Source: Candidatus Latescibacterota bacterium (GTDB lineage: Bacteria > Latescibacterota > UBA2968 > GCA-2709665). Taken from it: a DNA stretch of 64,000 nt. This document shows, in pieces, positions 1 to 8,766 of the stretch. Made by a program: the position numbers and the translations under genes. The DNA lies in contig CBDCOX010000002.1 in NCBI GenBank assembly GCA_965219995.1, positions 1,632,001 to 1,696,000 on the forward strand, read 5' to 3'. How positions within the stretch are numbered: position 1 is the first letter of the stretch; each line of letters opens with the position of its first letter. Below the pieces are notes generated by a model. That model was not told the origin of the DNA and did not search any database. It was given only the letters and a program-made list of their open reading frames with translations.

Positions 1-252
1 CCGGGTTGTAAGCAGGTAAGCGACCCGAACACCGGATCGATGCAGATACTGGGTCACGCGGTGCTGTAACCCAAGCGGTGAGATCGTGTCGTCCAGGCCA
101 CCAACGTCCTTGAGAACGTAGCGTTCGCCAGTGCTTGCAGTGACATGGTGAATGTGGGGAAATTGTGGATCGGTTTCTATGGTTTCGGCGTTGACAGGCC
201 AGTCTTCCAGCAGATCACGAATCTTGGCGGTTGGTTTTTCCCGGGTTGTCAT
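1..252 (-). CDS. Phosphotransferase (APH/homoserine kinase type II-like), N-terminal part, runs off the window
   Basis: Hand translation from ATG at 252: MTTREKPTAKIRDLLEDW...GERYVLK...QHRVTQYLHRSGVRVAYLLTTR, open to the window edge. The YVLK strand resembles the APH N-lobe. Confidence 0.55.
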   Translation of the reverse strand, partial: MTTREKPTAKIRDLLEDWPVNAETIETDPQFPHIHHVTASTGERYVLKDVGGLDDTISPLGLQHRVTQYLHRSGVRVAYLLTTR

Positions 253-276
253 GGCGATAGACTTCGCGAAGCTCGC

Positions 277-351
277 GACGAAGTTATGTATTCTGGTTTA
301 GTGCGCGATTAGCGCGTTTATGGCCAATGCCAGAAGAGGAATTTGTTGGGT
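277..351 (-). repeat. Degenerate attC-like palindrome
   Basis: Minus strand ACCCAAC...TTCTGG...CGCG-hairpin...CCAGAA, lying downstream of the 436-1941 gene. The R' GTT core is degenerate. Confidence 0.3.
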
Positions 352-435
352 TGATGGAACTCTCATGTTCGGGACTTCCATCTACTTTTTGTGAATTCGT
401 CCAACCGGAAGCAGTTACACACCATCATCGATGAC

Positions 436-1941
436 CTACTTGTCACCCTCGATTTCTGCGTCGCCGTTTTTTGTGATGCGACCGACAGCGAACCTGAAGC
501 TGAAAAGGTCCGCGTGTTTGAATTGGAACTTCAGGCGCGCGGGCTTTCCGGCGTAATCCCCGGGAGTGAGTCCGGACTGCCACGTGACCGGGTGGTCGAT
601 TTCGTCACCCCGCAGTGGCTTGCAGTCGTTCAGCGTCAGGCCCTTCAAGGGCTGGTCGTTTGCATCCTGGATTTCGACCCGGATTTCCCCGGCAGGTCGG
701 GGCCAGGCGATGTAGTTGAGCTCCAGTTGGCTGCCGTTGAGCACAAACGGTCTTGTCACGATTGTTCCGCCGTCCGGACCGGATCGGACGGAAACGAACC
801 CGTCGACACGGAACGTAAAACGCCTGAGCCGCGTCCTCGGCACGAATGACTTCTTCTTCCACTCCGGGTCGTCATATCCGTACCCTTCGGTGGCGTAGAC
901 GAAGTACTCGCGCTCATTGCCACGAACCAGACCGTGGGCCATGAAGTTGGCCCGGTTGCCATCACGTTGCCGGGGCGCACTGGCGGGAATCAATGGTTCG
1001 CGGCGTCGCAGGAACGAGTTCCCGCCGTCGCGGCTGGTCATCAGGATGGGATGGACCCGGGCGACGGCAAACCGGTCCGTGTATTCGGTGGGAAAGGCGA
1101 TCAGAATGTGTGGCGCGCGTTCATACGGAAGGACGCCGTTGGTGTACATCTCCCGGTCGACCTTGTCCGAATACTTCAGCGGGACGGGTTCCGTCCAGTT
1201 CACAAAATCGTCCGACACGGCCATGTGCACATTGCGCATATAACCTTTTAGCAGATCCCGCACGAATGCGACGTAGCGGCCGCGAACCGGATCCCGGAAC
1301 GCCAGGTTCTGCGAATCGAATCGCCCCTTCGTAATCATGGGCTTTTCGGTCATCAACGTCCAGTGAAGTCCGTCCGGCGACTTGAAGGGATACATGCCGT
1401 AATCGGTGTATTTTCCCGGAATCTGGTGCGCGCCGCGAGCCCCGCGGACCAGTGCCTTGTACCGAGCGTCGGGTTTTACAGTTGGACTGGTGTCGATGAA
1501 CGGGACCATGTCGCCGCGCCATCCCAGGCCGGTGTGGGTTCCCAGTTTGCCTTGCCATTTGTCGGTGGGAAGGTGCTTTCTGCCATCCCCACCGAGGACG
1601 ATGTTGTTGTCCGAGGATCCTCTGAATTCGAATAGACCAAGGTTTGGCTTCGTCCACCGGATGCCGTCGCGGCTTTCCGCGTAACACATCGGTTCGCCTC
1701 GGGCGTCTTCGCCGCTGCCGTGATGATAGCCGCGGTAGTACATGCGAAACAGATCTCCGTCCTTGAGTACCGAGACGTAGCCCAAAGAAGTGTCTTCCCA
1801 GGGCCTGTCGTTCATCAGCACGACCTCTTTGCCCAACGGCTCGTGCAGATGTTGCGCCACGTCGCCCTCGAAACGTTCCACAAGCCAGTCATCAACGAAC
1901 AATTCGCGCCGCATCGGCGATGATGGATTGATGTCTGTCAT
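436..1941 (-). CDS. Five-bladed beta-propeller glycoside hydrolase-like protein
   Basis: Repeated AESRDGIRW / KSPDGLHW / SDDFVNW / SRDGG motifs, ELFVDDWL at the N-terminus and RVDGFVS near the C-terminus. Start moved to MTDINP, which follows GAGGG. Confidence 0.7.
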   Translation of the reverse strand: MTDINPSSPMRRELFVDDWLVERFEGDVAQHLHEPLGKEVVLMNDRPWEDTSLGYVSVLKDGDLFRMYYRGYHHGSGEDARGEPMCYAESRDGIRWTKPNLGLFEFRGSSDNNIVLGGDGRKHLPTDKWQGKLGTHTGLGWRGDMVPFIDTSPTVKPDARYKALVRGARGAHQIPGKYTDYGMYPFKSPDGLHWTLMTEKPMITKGRFDSQNLAFRDPVRGRYVAFVRDLLKGYMRNVHMAVSDDFVNWTEPVPLKYSDKVDREMYTNGVLPYERAPHILIAFPTEYTDRFAVARVHPILMTSRDGGNSFLRRREPLIPASAPRQRDGNRANFMAHGLVRGNEREYFVYATEGYGYDDPEWKKKSFVPRTRLRRFTFRVDGFVSVRSGPDGGTIVTRPFVLNGSQLELNYIAWPRPAGEIRVEIQDANDQPLKGLTLNDCKPLRGDEIDHPVTWQSGLTPGDYAGKPARLKFQFKHADLFSFRFAVGRITKNGDAEIEGDK

Positions 1942-1989
1942 CGGTTTACAGTCCCTCAAGATCTGGTAGCAAAGAACGCATCGTCGGTT

Positions 1990-2048
1990 GCTCAACGCTC
2001 TCGTTAATGCTCGAACCGTTCTCACGCAATTTGAGACAAGCGTTGTAA
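1990..2048 (-). repeat. attC-like site (59 bp)
   Basis: Minus strand TTACAAC-GCT...AGC-GTTGAGC with complementary arms, immediately upstream of the 436-1941 gene. Confidence 0.4.
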
Positions 2049-2287
2049 TCATCTTCCTGTTCGTAAATATTCTGTTTCATAAAACCTCAACCTAAGGTGG
2101 ATTATTCACGAAAACCCTGGTTTTGATGTATAACGGGTTGTCTTTCAATAGATTCTGCGAAATATCACGCGTCAGCATTTCATGAATTACGAAATTGATT
2201 GGTAAGGGAGATGTTTTGTAGCCCACCGAGGTAAGGATCCATCGGTTTGGCCCCGGAATAGTGAGCATTTGTCCTGTTCTTGGTCTT

Positions 2288-2314
2288 CATCCTGTTCATC
2301 CTGTCCATCCATGT
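2288..2314. repeat. Intergenic 9-nt-period triple repeat
   Basis: CATCCTGTT CATCCTGTC CATCCATGT. Confidence 0.6.
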
Positions 2315-2331
2315 AATTTCATATCTATGAA

Positions 2332-2805
2332 TCATTCAGACTCACACAATTGAGCGACTATTTTCAAATTCTCCAACGTCTTCACACAAGCAACAGCAGA
2401 CTCTTCACCTTTAACCTTAAAATGCTCGTGAAAGAAATTCTTATGTTCTTCATTCTCATGAAAATTAATCGGCGTCAAAACCGTTGAAATAATCGGCACC
2501 TCCGTCTCAAGCTGCACCTGCATCATCCCATCAATTACCGTCTCAGCTACAAACTCATGCCGATAAATTCCCCCATTCACAATCAGCCCTGCTGCCACAA
2601 TCACCGCGTAGCGGCCTGTTTTGGCGAGCAACTTTGAATGCAGTGGAATTTCCAGACTGCCCGGCACTTCGTAAAAATCAATCAGATCGCGAGAAACACC
2701 CGACTCGACAACTTTAGCTACAAACGCCTCGCGGCTCTGATCCACAATTTCTTTATGCACACTTGCCTGCACAAAAGCAATCCGTTTTCCCGAATTATCC
2801 ACCAT
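2332..2805 (-). CDS. ribH: 6,7-dimethyl-8-ribityllumazine synthase (type II / RibH2-like)
   Basis: VPGSLEIPL, GGIYRHEFVA and VLTPINFHE...FFHEHFKVKGEE motifs. GGAGG RBS lies before MVDNSG. Confidence 0.88.
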   Translation of the reverse strand: MVDNSGKRIAFVQASVHKEIVDQSREAFVAKVVESGVSRDLIDFYEVPGSLEIPLHSKLLAKTGRYAVIVAAGLIVNGGIYRHEFVAETVIDGMMQVQLETEVPIISTVLTPINFHENEEHKNFFHEHFKVKGEESAVACVKTLENLKIVAQLCESE

Positions 2806-2845
2806 CTGAACCTCCAGTCCTTTTATGAATGCGGGTTGCGACTTC

Positions 2846-3766
2846 TCATTCACCAAAAAACGGGTACGGCTCGCCGGCTTCCACCAGCCTTTGTACCAGA
2901 CTCGAGTACTTCAACACCTCCGTCAGCCGGGTGCGCCAATGCGGGGCGTAGAAGTCGACGAATTCCTGGAAGAACGCTCGCGCATCCTCACTGACGCCAT
3001 CGAAGTATTGCGGCAGCAAAAACCATGGCTGGTCACTGGCGTAGTTCAGCCCCCGCCGGCGCATCGTGAACTCTGCGGCGGCCCGTTTCTTTACCGAGAT
3101 CATCAACGAGCGCCTGAGCTTGTCGGTGTGATAGCGGCCCCGATGAATGCACAACTGGGTAAACAGCACCGCGTCACCGGGTTCCTGGTGGAGACGAACG
3201 GCGCCAGGCATATCGTTCGAGCGGTTGTGGATCCCATCATCGGCGACGCAGATCGCGTGCTCTTCGGGGGAGTAGTCCCGCAGGTGAGACCCCGGCACCA
3301 CTTCGAGATCGTCCGTAGGGACCAATGCGATTTGCATCTGCAACCCGGCTCCGGTCTCCGGTCTCCGGGATACGTCTGCTTCCGCACCGATCTTGTCCTT
3401 GTGCCAAAAACCGTCCTGGCTTTCTCCCGTCGGATTAAAGTAGAGACTGCTCAGGGCGAAGAGGAATTCTTCATCCAGGGCTGCGCTCAGCGATTCGACA
3501 ACCTGGGGCGACCCCATGGCATTGAGCAGAAAGGCAAGATCGTCGGGGTGATCGCGGTGATATTCCGGGTCGTTCAGGTGCCTCATGTAATTGGCCTGGG
3601 GCCCCACCGGTGGATTGTCACAGCGAGGAGCGCGCCGCCACTGTTCCAGCACTCGCTCACAGATCTCGCGCAGCCGTTTTGTCGTCGCTGCGTCGAACAA
3701 ACCGCGCACCACGGCGTAAGAGTGGTGGCGCAGCTGACCAGGGCAGGGTTCAGTAGCAATACTCAT
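2846..3766 (-). CDS. Phytanoyl-CoA dioxygenase (PhyH) family Fe/2OG oxygenase
   Basis: WHKD (HxD), LEVVPGSH, PGDAVLF and IHRG motifs. Confidence 0.8.
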   Translation of the reverse strand: MSIATEPCPGQLRHHSYAVVRGLFDAATTKRLREICERVLEQWRRAPRCDNPPVGPQANYMRHLNDPEYHRDHPDDLAFLLNAMGSPQVVESLSAALDEEFLFALSSLYFNPTGESQDGFWHKDKIGAEADVSRRPETGAGLQMQIALVPTDDLEVVPGSHLRDYSPEEHAICVADDGIHNRSNDMPGAVRLHQEPGDAVLFTQLCIHRGRYHTDKLRRSLMISVKKRAAAEFTMRRRGLNYASDQPWFLLPQYFDGVSEDARAFFQEFVDFYAPHWRTRLTEVLKYSSLVQRLVEAGEPYPFFGE

Positions 3767-3872
3767 GATATCCTCTTGTGTTGCTGTAAGAATTGCGTCG
3801 CAGTTGGACTGTAAAAGTGCGGACTGGCTGTCTCGTGCTGTCTAACTACGTATGGAAATCAATGCTCTATTA

Positions 3873-4068
3873 ACCTTGATTCGTCATTTTTCGAGGACGT
3901 TAATTCGAATAAACGCAAGCTGATAAAGACGATTAAACACCTGATTACCAGGATACTTCAGGTCACTGGACGTGAACTGAATAAATGTGCTTCCCGACGA
4001 CCTTTTCGGCTCGGTGAGGAAATAACTGCAGGGTCACCGCGTTACCACACACGGCGCTTTGCACGGAT
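3873..4068 (+). mobile_element. MITE-like element, copy 1
   Basis: The first ~105 bp (ACCTTGATTCGT...TTAATTCGAATA...GATTACCAGGATAC..CAGGTCACTG.ACGTGAA) recur inverted at 9809-9912. Non-coding; the inner end is approximate. Confidence 0.5.
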
Positions 4069-4070
4069 TC

Positions 4071-4097
4071 CTTTTGTGTCTTTTGTGCTTTTTGTGG
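4071..4097. repeat. Intergenic 9-nt-period triple repeat
   Basis: CTTTTGTGT CTTTTGTGC TTTTTGTGG. Confidence 0.6.
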
Positions 4098-4202
4098 CCA
4101 ATTTTTCGGTGTTCTTTTTTTCCCATTGAGGTTAATTGCGGCTAACGATTTCTGGCCCGGGAAGGAAGTTGGGATAACAGCCTGGCCAGGTCGATGATTC
4201 AA

Positions 4203-6461
4203 TCAGAACTCAGCGGCAATCATCGCGTACTGTCCGATGTTCGTTAGTGTGGTTTCCAGGTGGTTTCCGTCGAACGTGACCTCCAGGTCATCTCCCGTGC
4301 AAACGTCCCACACGCGACGAGGAGTGCCCCGCTCCGTGAGCCGCCAGCGCAGGTTCACTTCGGGTATCGTGGTCACAAAGTCAAACTGTTGGCTGAAGCG
4401 CGGCCAGATCCCCGGCAAATGCTCGACGCGCTCGCCGGTGTGATTGAGCAGAAACAACACCTGGCTTCCCGGTTTCTCATTCGGAATCATCACGAGTTGG
4501 TTCGGGCCGTCGGTCACAAGAGGCCGGCCCTCCGGGTAGAGCCAATCCACCACGGCGCCCAGAAGATCGCGGACCACCAGCAGGCGATATTCGAAATGAA
4601 GCTCCTCCACCGGCGCGGCCAGATAGACGACGCGGCCCTTGCCAACCGTCCGGCAGGTGACGGCGGGACACAGAGCGTCGTCTTCGCGCCCGCCGAAGAC
4701 GATGTTCGCCACCACGTCGGTTCCCGGCCGTGCCTGGACGAACTCGAACCGATTGAGCGGCCACAGCTCCTGCGAGCACCCCTCGGCCAGCCATTGACCC
4801 GGAACGCAGCGACCGTACGTGTCGAACGTCCCGGCGGCCCAGAGGTGTTGTTCGTAATCAGCGAATGGGTCGGGGTTCGGGTCCACGCGGTCCACGCCCA
4901 GAAGGTCCGCCAACGCGAAGTTGTCGCGCATCTCCTCGGGCTCGGCACCGTACAGGCTCGTCCGGTACGTCGCCATGAGCCGCCCGCCCGCCTTCACGTA
5001 TTCCGTGATGCCCTCGACTTCCTCCCGCGTGAGATGGCCGACGTTGGGCAGAAGCAGAACGGGATACTTTGCCAACGCCGCTGGATCGGAGAGAACCCGC
5101 TCCTCGATCACCGACGTCGGCAAATGGTTGGCCAGCATGGCCGAGAAGGCCCCGCGACGGCAGGATTGCTGCGGGGGCGTACGCACGAGATAGCCCGCCT
5201 CGGAGAGCGGGGCCTCGAGCTCCCCCGGACCGTCGGCGAGGTCCTGCCTGGACTGGCCGATGACATCGCGCGGACGATCGCGCATCACCAGGGGCTCGGC
5301 GCGGAACCGCAACCGCTCGAGCATCTCATACACCCGCACCGGCAAGACAAAGGGAATCGCAACAAACGGTGATGGGTGGAGATCTTCGAAGAGTGATTCG
5401 TTCCTCTCCAGGATCTCAAGGAGCGCCGCCAGCTCACGATTGGCTTTATGGGGAGGCGACAGCCAGAGGTTCACGCCGCACGCCACCAGGACGCCCCCTC
5501 CGGAAGCAAAGCTGGCTGCCGCCTCCTCGACGAGTTCCATGCCGAAGCACTGCGCCCGCGACCAGCCCGTCAAGGCGCCGACATATTGCCACATGGCCCA
5601 ACCCGACGACTCGGCCAGACTGGCCGCTTCGAGCCGATGGAGGAAGCCGCCGCCGGCCTCGTAGAGAAATCCATTGTGCACCTCCACGATCCTGCGTTCG
5701 GGCCAGTCGCCCACACCCAGGCCGTGCGTCAGCACCGGGATGTCCTTCTTCTTTCGCGTCGCGGCGGCGAATTCGAGAAAGACATCGCCGACGATCCTGC
5801 CGTACTGCAGGCTCCACTCTTCCAGCATCTCCTTGTCTTCCCGAGGCAGGCTGTGCGGATCGGGTGCATACGGCATTGGGCAGCCGAATTGCCTCTCGAA
5901 CTTCTCGAGGCAATAGTCGCAGTAGCACAAGGGCGACTGCGGGGTGTGGTGCGAATGGTAAGGACAGGCAGAATCGGTGTATATCGCGTCGACGTCGTGG
6001 TCCACCACTTGTGCGATGAAAGCGCAGATGGCCTCTCGGTACGGTGTGTTGAAGCAGACGTGCCGGTGAAATCCGCCGCCGTGGTGCCTCAGGACAGGAG
6101 CGTCGCCTTCGGGGCTCGGGCGGTACATCCACTCCGGATGATGGATCAGCATGTTGTCTTCGGGAATAATGTGCCCCACGGGAATGTACCCGATGACGCG
6201 GACGTCCCGCGCATGGGCCTCGGCGATGGTCTCGGCGAGCAGGTCGCGCTCACCTAATTGAGGGTGCGGGGGAAAGAACTCATTGGGGAAGACCGCCCAT
6301 TTGCCCGCGCTGCCGAACCAAATGGCGTTGGCGTGGTATTTTCGCACGACATCGACGAGCTGCTTCGCGTCAAAATCGATATCGGGCCAGAAGGGCGGGT
6401 GGTATTGCTCTATCTGAAAGGTGCGCGCCCGCCGTACCCACTCGTGACTTGGCTGGATCAA
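4203..6461 (-). CDS. Glycoside hydrolase-like protein (GHL6/GH42-like TIM barrel plus trimerisation domain)
   Basis: DFDAKQLV, HPQLGERDLLAETIAEAHARDVRVIGY, CFNTPY, CYCDYC and LLLPNV...YVKAGG motifs. Likely TTG start at 6461 after GGAGG. Confidence 0.75.
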   Translation of the reverse strand: MIQPSHEWVRRARTFQIEQYHPPFWPDIDFDAKQLVDVVRKYHANAIWFGSAGKWAVFPNEFFPPHPQLGERDLLAETIAEAHARDVRVIGYIPVGHIIPEDNMLIHHPEWMYRPSPEGDAPVLRHHGGGFHRHVCFNTPYREAICAFIAQVVDHDVDAIYTDSACPYHSHHTPQSPLCYCDYCLEKFERQFGCPMPYAPDPHSLPREDKEMLEEWSLQYGRIVGDVFLEFAAATRKKKDIPVLTHGLGVGDWPERRIVEVHNGFLYEAGGGFLHRLEAASLAESSGWAMWQYVGALTGWSRAQCFGMELVEEAAASFASGGGVLVACGVNLWLSPPHKANRELAALLEILERNESLFEDLHPSPFVAIPFVLPVRVYEMLERLRFRAEPLVMRDRPRDVIGQSRQDLADGPGELEAPLSEAGYLVRTPPQQSCRRGAFSAMLANHLPTSVIEERVLSDPAALAKYPVLLLPNVGHLTREEVEGITEYVKAGGRLMATYRTSLYGAEPEEMRDNFALADLLGVDRVDPNPDPFADYEQHLWAAGTFDTYGRCVPGQWLAEGCSQELWPLNRFEFVQARPGTDVVANIVFGGREDDALCPAVTCRTVGKGRVVYLAAPVEELHFEYRLLVVRDLLGAVVDWLYPEGRPLVTDGPNQLVMIPNEKPGSQVLFLLNHTGERVEHLPGIWPRFSQQFDFVTTIPEVNLRWRLTERGTPRRVWDVCTGDDLEVTFDGNHLETTLTNIGQYAMIAAEF

Positions 6462-6622
6462 AGCGATGACCTCCAAAATCCGTACCGTTTTTTTTTGCCC
6501 GCAGAGCCCGCGGAGAACGCAGAGAACGGCCTTCCATGATTCACGGCCGCTCATCATGATCGAGAAGCCGAGAAATATCAGGCGTAACCCAGCCAGCAGC
6601 AGCCCAAGCTCGGCTGTCGCCG
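6135..6622. repeat. 488-bp direct repeat, copy 1
   Basis: Identical to 14715-15202 except 6201 G versus 14781 C. Confidence 0.97.
6500..6526. repeat. Intergenic 9-nt-period triple repeat (also at 15080-15106)
   Basis: CGCAGAGCC CGCGGAGAA CGCAGAGAA. Confidence 0.6.
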
Positions 6623-6676
6623 CCAACTCAGGATCGTCCCAAGCAACAGGAGCAAAGTCAGAGAAAGGACGATAAA

Positions 6677-6781
6677 CGCTCTGGTTGCGAGAGCACGCAC
6701 GTTTAACCCGAGGACCTCAACGACCCTCCCCGCTGGCATGAGGATGGAAGCAGGAGCGCAGGTAACGCCGCAACCAGAGCG
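6677..6781. repeat. Perfect 13-bp inverted repeat enclosing a non-coding segment
   Basis: CGCTCTGGTTGCG (6677-6689) and CGCAACCAGAGCG (6769-6781). Confidence 0.8.
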
Positions 6782-6823
6782 GCACGGAGGTCATTCGCAG
6801 TCATTGGTTTCGACGGGCATGGC

Positions 6824-6920
6824 TGCCAACGTTCCGCCGGTTTGCGAACCCCGACCTTGTCGAGGGGTTGCCGCAGGCCAAGCCGCCAGAGGCGGCGTAG
6901 CGCAAGTCGACGTGTTAGGT
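6824..6920 (-). repeat. attC-like site
   Basis: Minus strand ACCTAAC-acgtcgacttgcg...cgcaaaccggcggaac-GTTGGCA, with internal hairpins GCCGCC/GGCGGC and AACCCC/GGGGTT. Follows the toxin-antitoxin pair. Confidence 0.7.
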
Positions 6921-6975
6921 GGCTGTGCCAGCCGGGGGTGGGGGGCATTGCCACGGACGGCAATGCCGCTGTCTT

Positions 6976-7149
6976 TCAGGTTGAATCTACAGGTTCAACT
7001 CGCTTAGGGGGAAGGGAAGTGAACTGCCTTCCACTCGCTTTTTCTTGCTCTTTTAGATCCTCATATATAGCCTGTAGATCATAGTTAAATTTTTTCGCAT
7101 GTGCTTCGCGGATCCTCCTGACTTCGTCTACAATCGGATCTTTCCACAT
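6976..7149 (-). CDS. Small partner protein of the PIN toxin (putative antitoxin)
   Basis: MWKDPIVDEVRRIREAHAKKFNYDLQAIYEDL, 57 aa, starting 4 nt after the PIN gene stop. Confidence 0.7.
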   Translation of the reverse strand: MWKDPIVDEVRRIREAHAKKFNYDLQAIYEDLKEQEKASGRQFTSLPPKRVEPVDST

Positions 7150-7153
7150 ATCA

Positions 7154-7627
7154 TTATTCCTCCAATAATTCTTCAGGTGTACAGATGACCGTTGGTTCAT
7201 ACCCTTTGGCCCGACAGATCTGCTCGATTTTGCTCCGCATGGCGGCATTAGCCATATGACTGCAATTCCACGTCAGCAGATAATCCATGCCGTTGATTAC
7301 AGCCACTGCGATATGGATCGCATCTTCGGTAGCGTGCCGAGGAAGAGGACCTTTCTCTACCAGCTCTTTGGCAAGAGATAGGGCCTCTTCGGTTACTCCC
7401 AGCAATTCAACTGTTTCCAATGCTGCCAATCGTCTCCGACTCATCTCTTGGTCTCCTGCCTTCGCCTCATCCCAAACAAGCTGAGAAGCGAAAAGATCAA
7501 AGTCCTCCTTCCGCGTACTCCACCACTCATCCGTGATTTGTTGGTGTGCAGCAACGATCAGATCGCGACTCGGACGAGATGTCAGATAACTTATGAACGT
7601 CGTTTCAATATAGGCTTTGGGCTTCAT
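7154..7627 (-). CDS. PIN-domain (VapC-like) toxin
   Basis: YIETTFISYL, EDAIHIAVA, MDYLLTWNCSH and ICTPEEL motifs. Confidence 0.85.
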   Translation of the reverse strand: MKPKAYIETTFISYLTSRPSRDLIVAAHQQITDEWWSTRKEDFDLFASQLVWDEAKAGDQEMSRRRLAALETVELLGVTEEALSLAKELVEKGPLPRHATEDAIHIAVAVINGMDYLLTWNCSHMANAAMRSKIEQICRAKGYEPTVICTPEELLEE

Positions 7628-7739
7628 TTTGTATCCTCTGTCAACCGGCCTGTTGGACTCTGCATCGGGCCACCCCTGTAATTCGCTTTTGCGCCGCCTT
7701 CATGTAACGGTCGGCGCATTCGCCAATTTCCTATCAATT

Positions 7740-8714
7740 TCATTCCTCCCACGGCAGGAAACAGACTTTGACGGCCTGAAGGTTCTCCAACAGGTTGACG
7801 CCTTCAGCGTAGCGTTCGAGCGGCAGCTTGTGCGTGACGAGCGCGGCCAGGTCGAGCTTGCCGCGGCGGATGAGGTCGAGCGCATACTCGGCCGATTCGC
7901 GCGAGTGGCCCTTGTACCCGCACAGCCGCAGCCCGCGGTAATGCTGCGGGCTGTACGTGTAGTCTTCGCGCTGCACGCCGAACAGGGCCAGGGCGTCCTG
8001 AGTCCGGTCCATGAGGAACTCCACCGACGCCTTGGCGCCGACGCAGTCCACGGCCGACTCGAGTTTTGGCCATTCCGGCCGCGCCGGGAATTTCCCCGAC
8101 AAGTCGACCCGCGGGTCGTAGCAACCGGCCGCGCCGAGACGCTCGGCCATGGCGCGGCGGTCGGATACGAAGTCGAACCCGTACACTTCCCTGGCGCCCT
8201 CGGCTCTGGCCATCTGCAGCGCCACCAGCCCGGCCCCGCCCAGGCCGCAGACGCCGAAACAACGGCCCAGGATTGCGTCCATGTCGCGCAGCATCCGGAA
8301 GCAGGCGCCTACGCACATAGCAAGCTCGAGCGGCGCCAGCGCCTCGTCGGGCAATTCTCCGGGGACACGTATTACTCTTGCCGCGTCAATCGCGACGTAT
8401 TGCGCATAGCAACCCTGATGCCCCTCGCCGGTATCGTGCCAGGCGCACACGCGGTCGCCTGCCTTCAAACCAGCTACACCTTTGCCAACAGCCTCGATGC
8501 GGCCGACGGCTTCGTGACCGGGCTTGCCCGGCGTGAAGGGGTAGTGGAATGCATGGCCGACAAACATCGGTTCGTTGTGACGCAGGTGCAGGTCCCACTG
8601 CGGGCAAGTCGTGACCGCCGTGACACGCATCAGCACCTCGTCCGGACCGGGCTCGGGAACGGGGACGTCGAGAATCTCGAACTCGCACGGCGATGTGACT
8701 TGCAGGATCTTCAT
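7740..8714 (-). CDS. Zinc-binding (MDR family) dehydrogenase
   Basis: PGHEAVG, GDRV and GLGGAG (Rossmann) motifs. Confidence 0.85.
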   Translation of the reverse strand: MKILQVTSPCEFEILDVPVPEPGPDEVLMRVTAVTTCPQWDLHLRHNEPMFVGHAFHYPFTPGKPGHEAVGRIEAVGKGVAGLKAGDRVCAWHDTGEGHQGCYAQYVAIDAARVIRVPGELPDEALAPLELAMCVGACFRMLRDMDAILGRCFGVCGLGGAGLVALQMARAEGAREVYGFDFVSDRRAMAERLGAAGCYDPRVDLSGKFPARPEWPKLESAVDCVGAKASVEFLMDRTQDALALFGVQREDYTYSPQHYRGLRLCGYKGHSRESAEYALDLIRRGKLDLAALVTHKLPLERYAEGVNLLENLQAVKVCFLPWEE

Positions 8715-8766
8715 TGTCCGCGCTCCCCGCATGCCCATGAAGTAGCAGAAGTCTTCATCATTCCGC

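Noticed and set aside
2056-2205. AT-rich segment with TTCGTAA/TTACGAA ends as a MITE
   Set aside because: The inverted repeat is only about 7 bp and there is no second copy in the window.
4139-4180. attC site after the GH gene
   Set aside because: It has CCCAAC...GTTAGCC cores but is too short and pairs poorly; at most a remnant.
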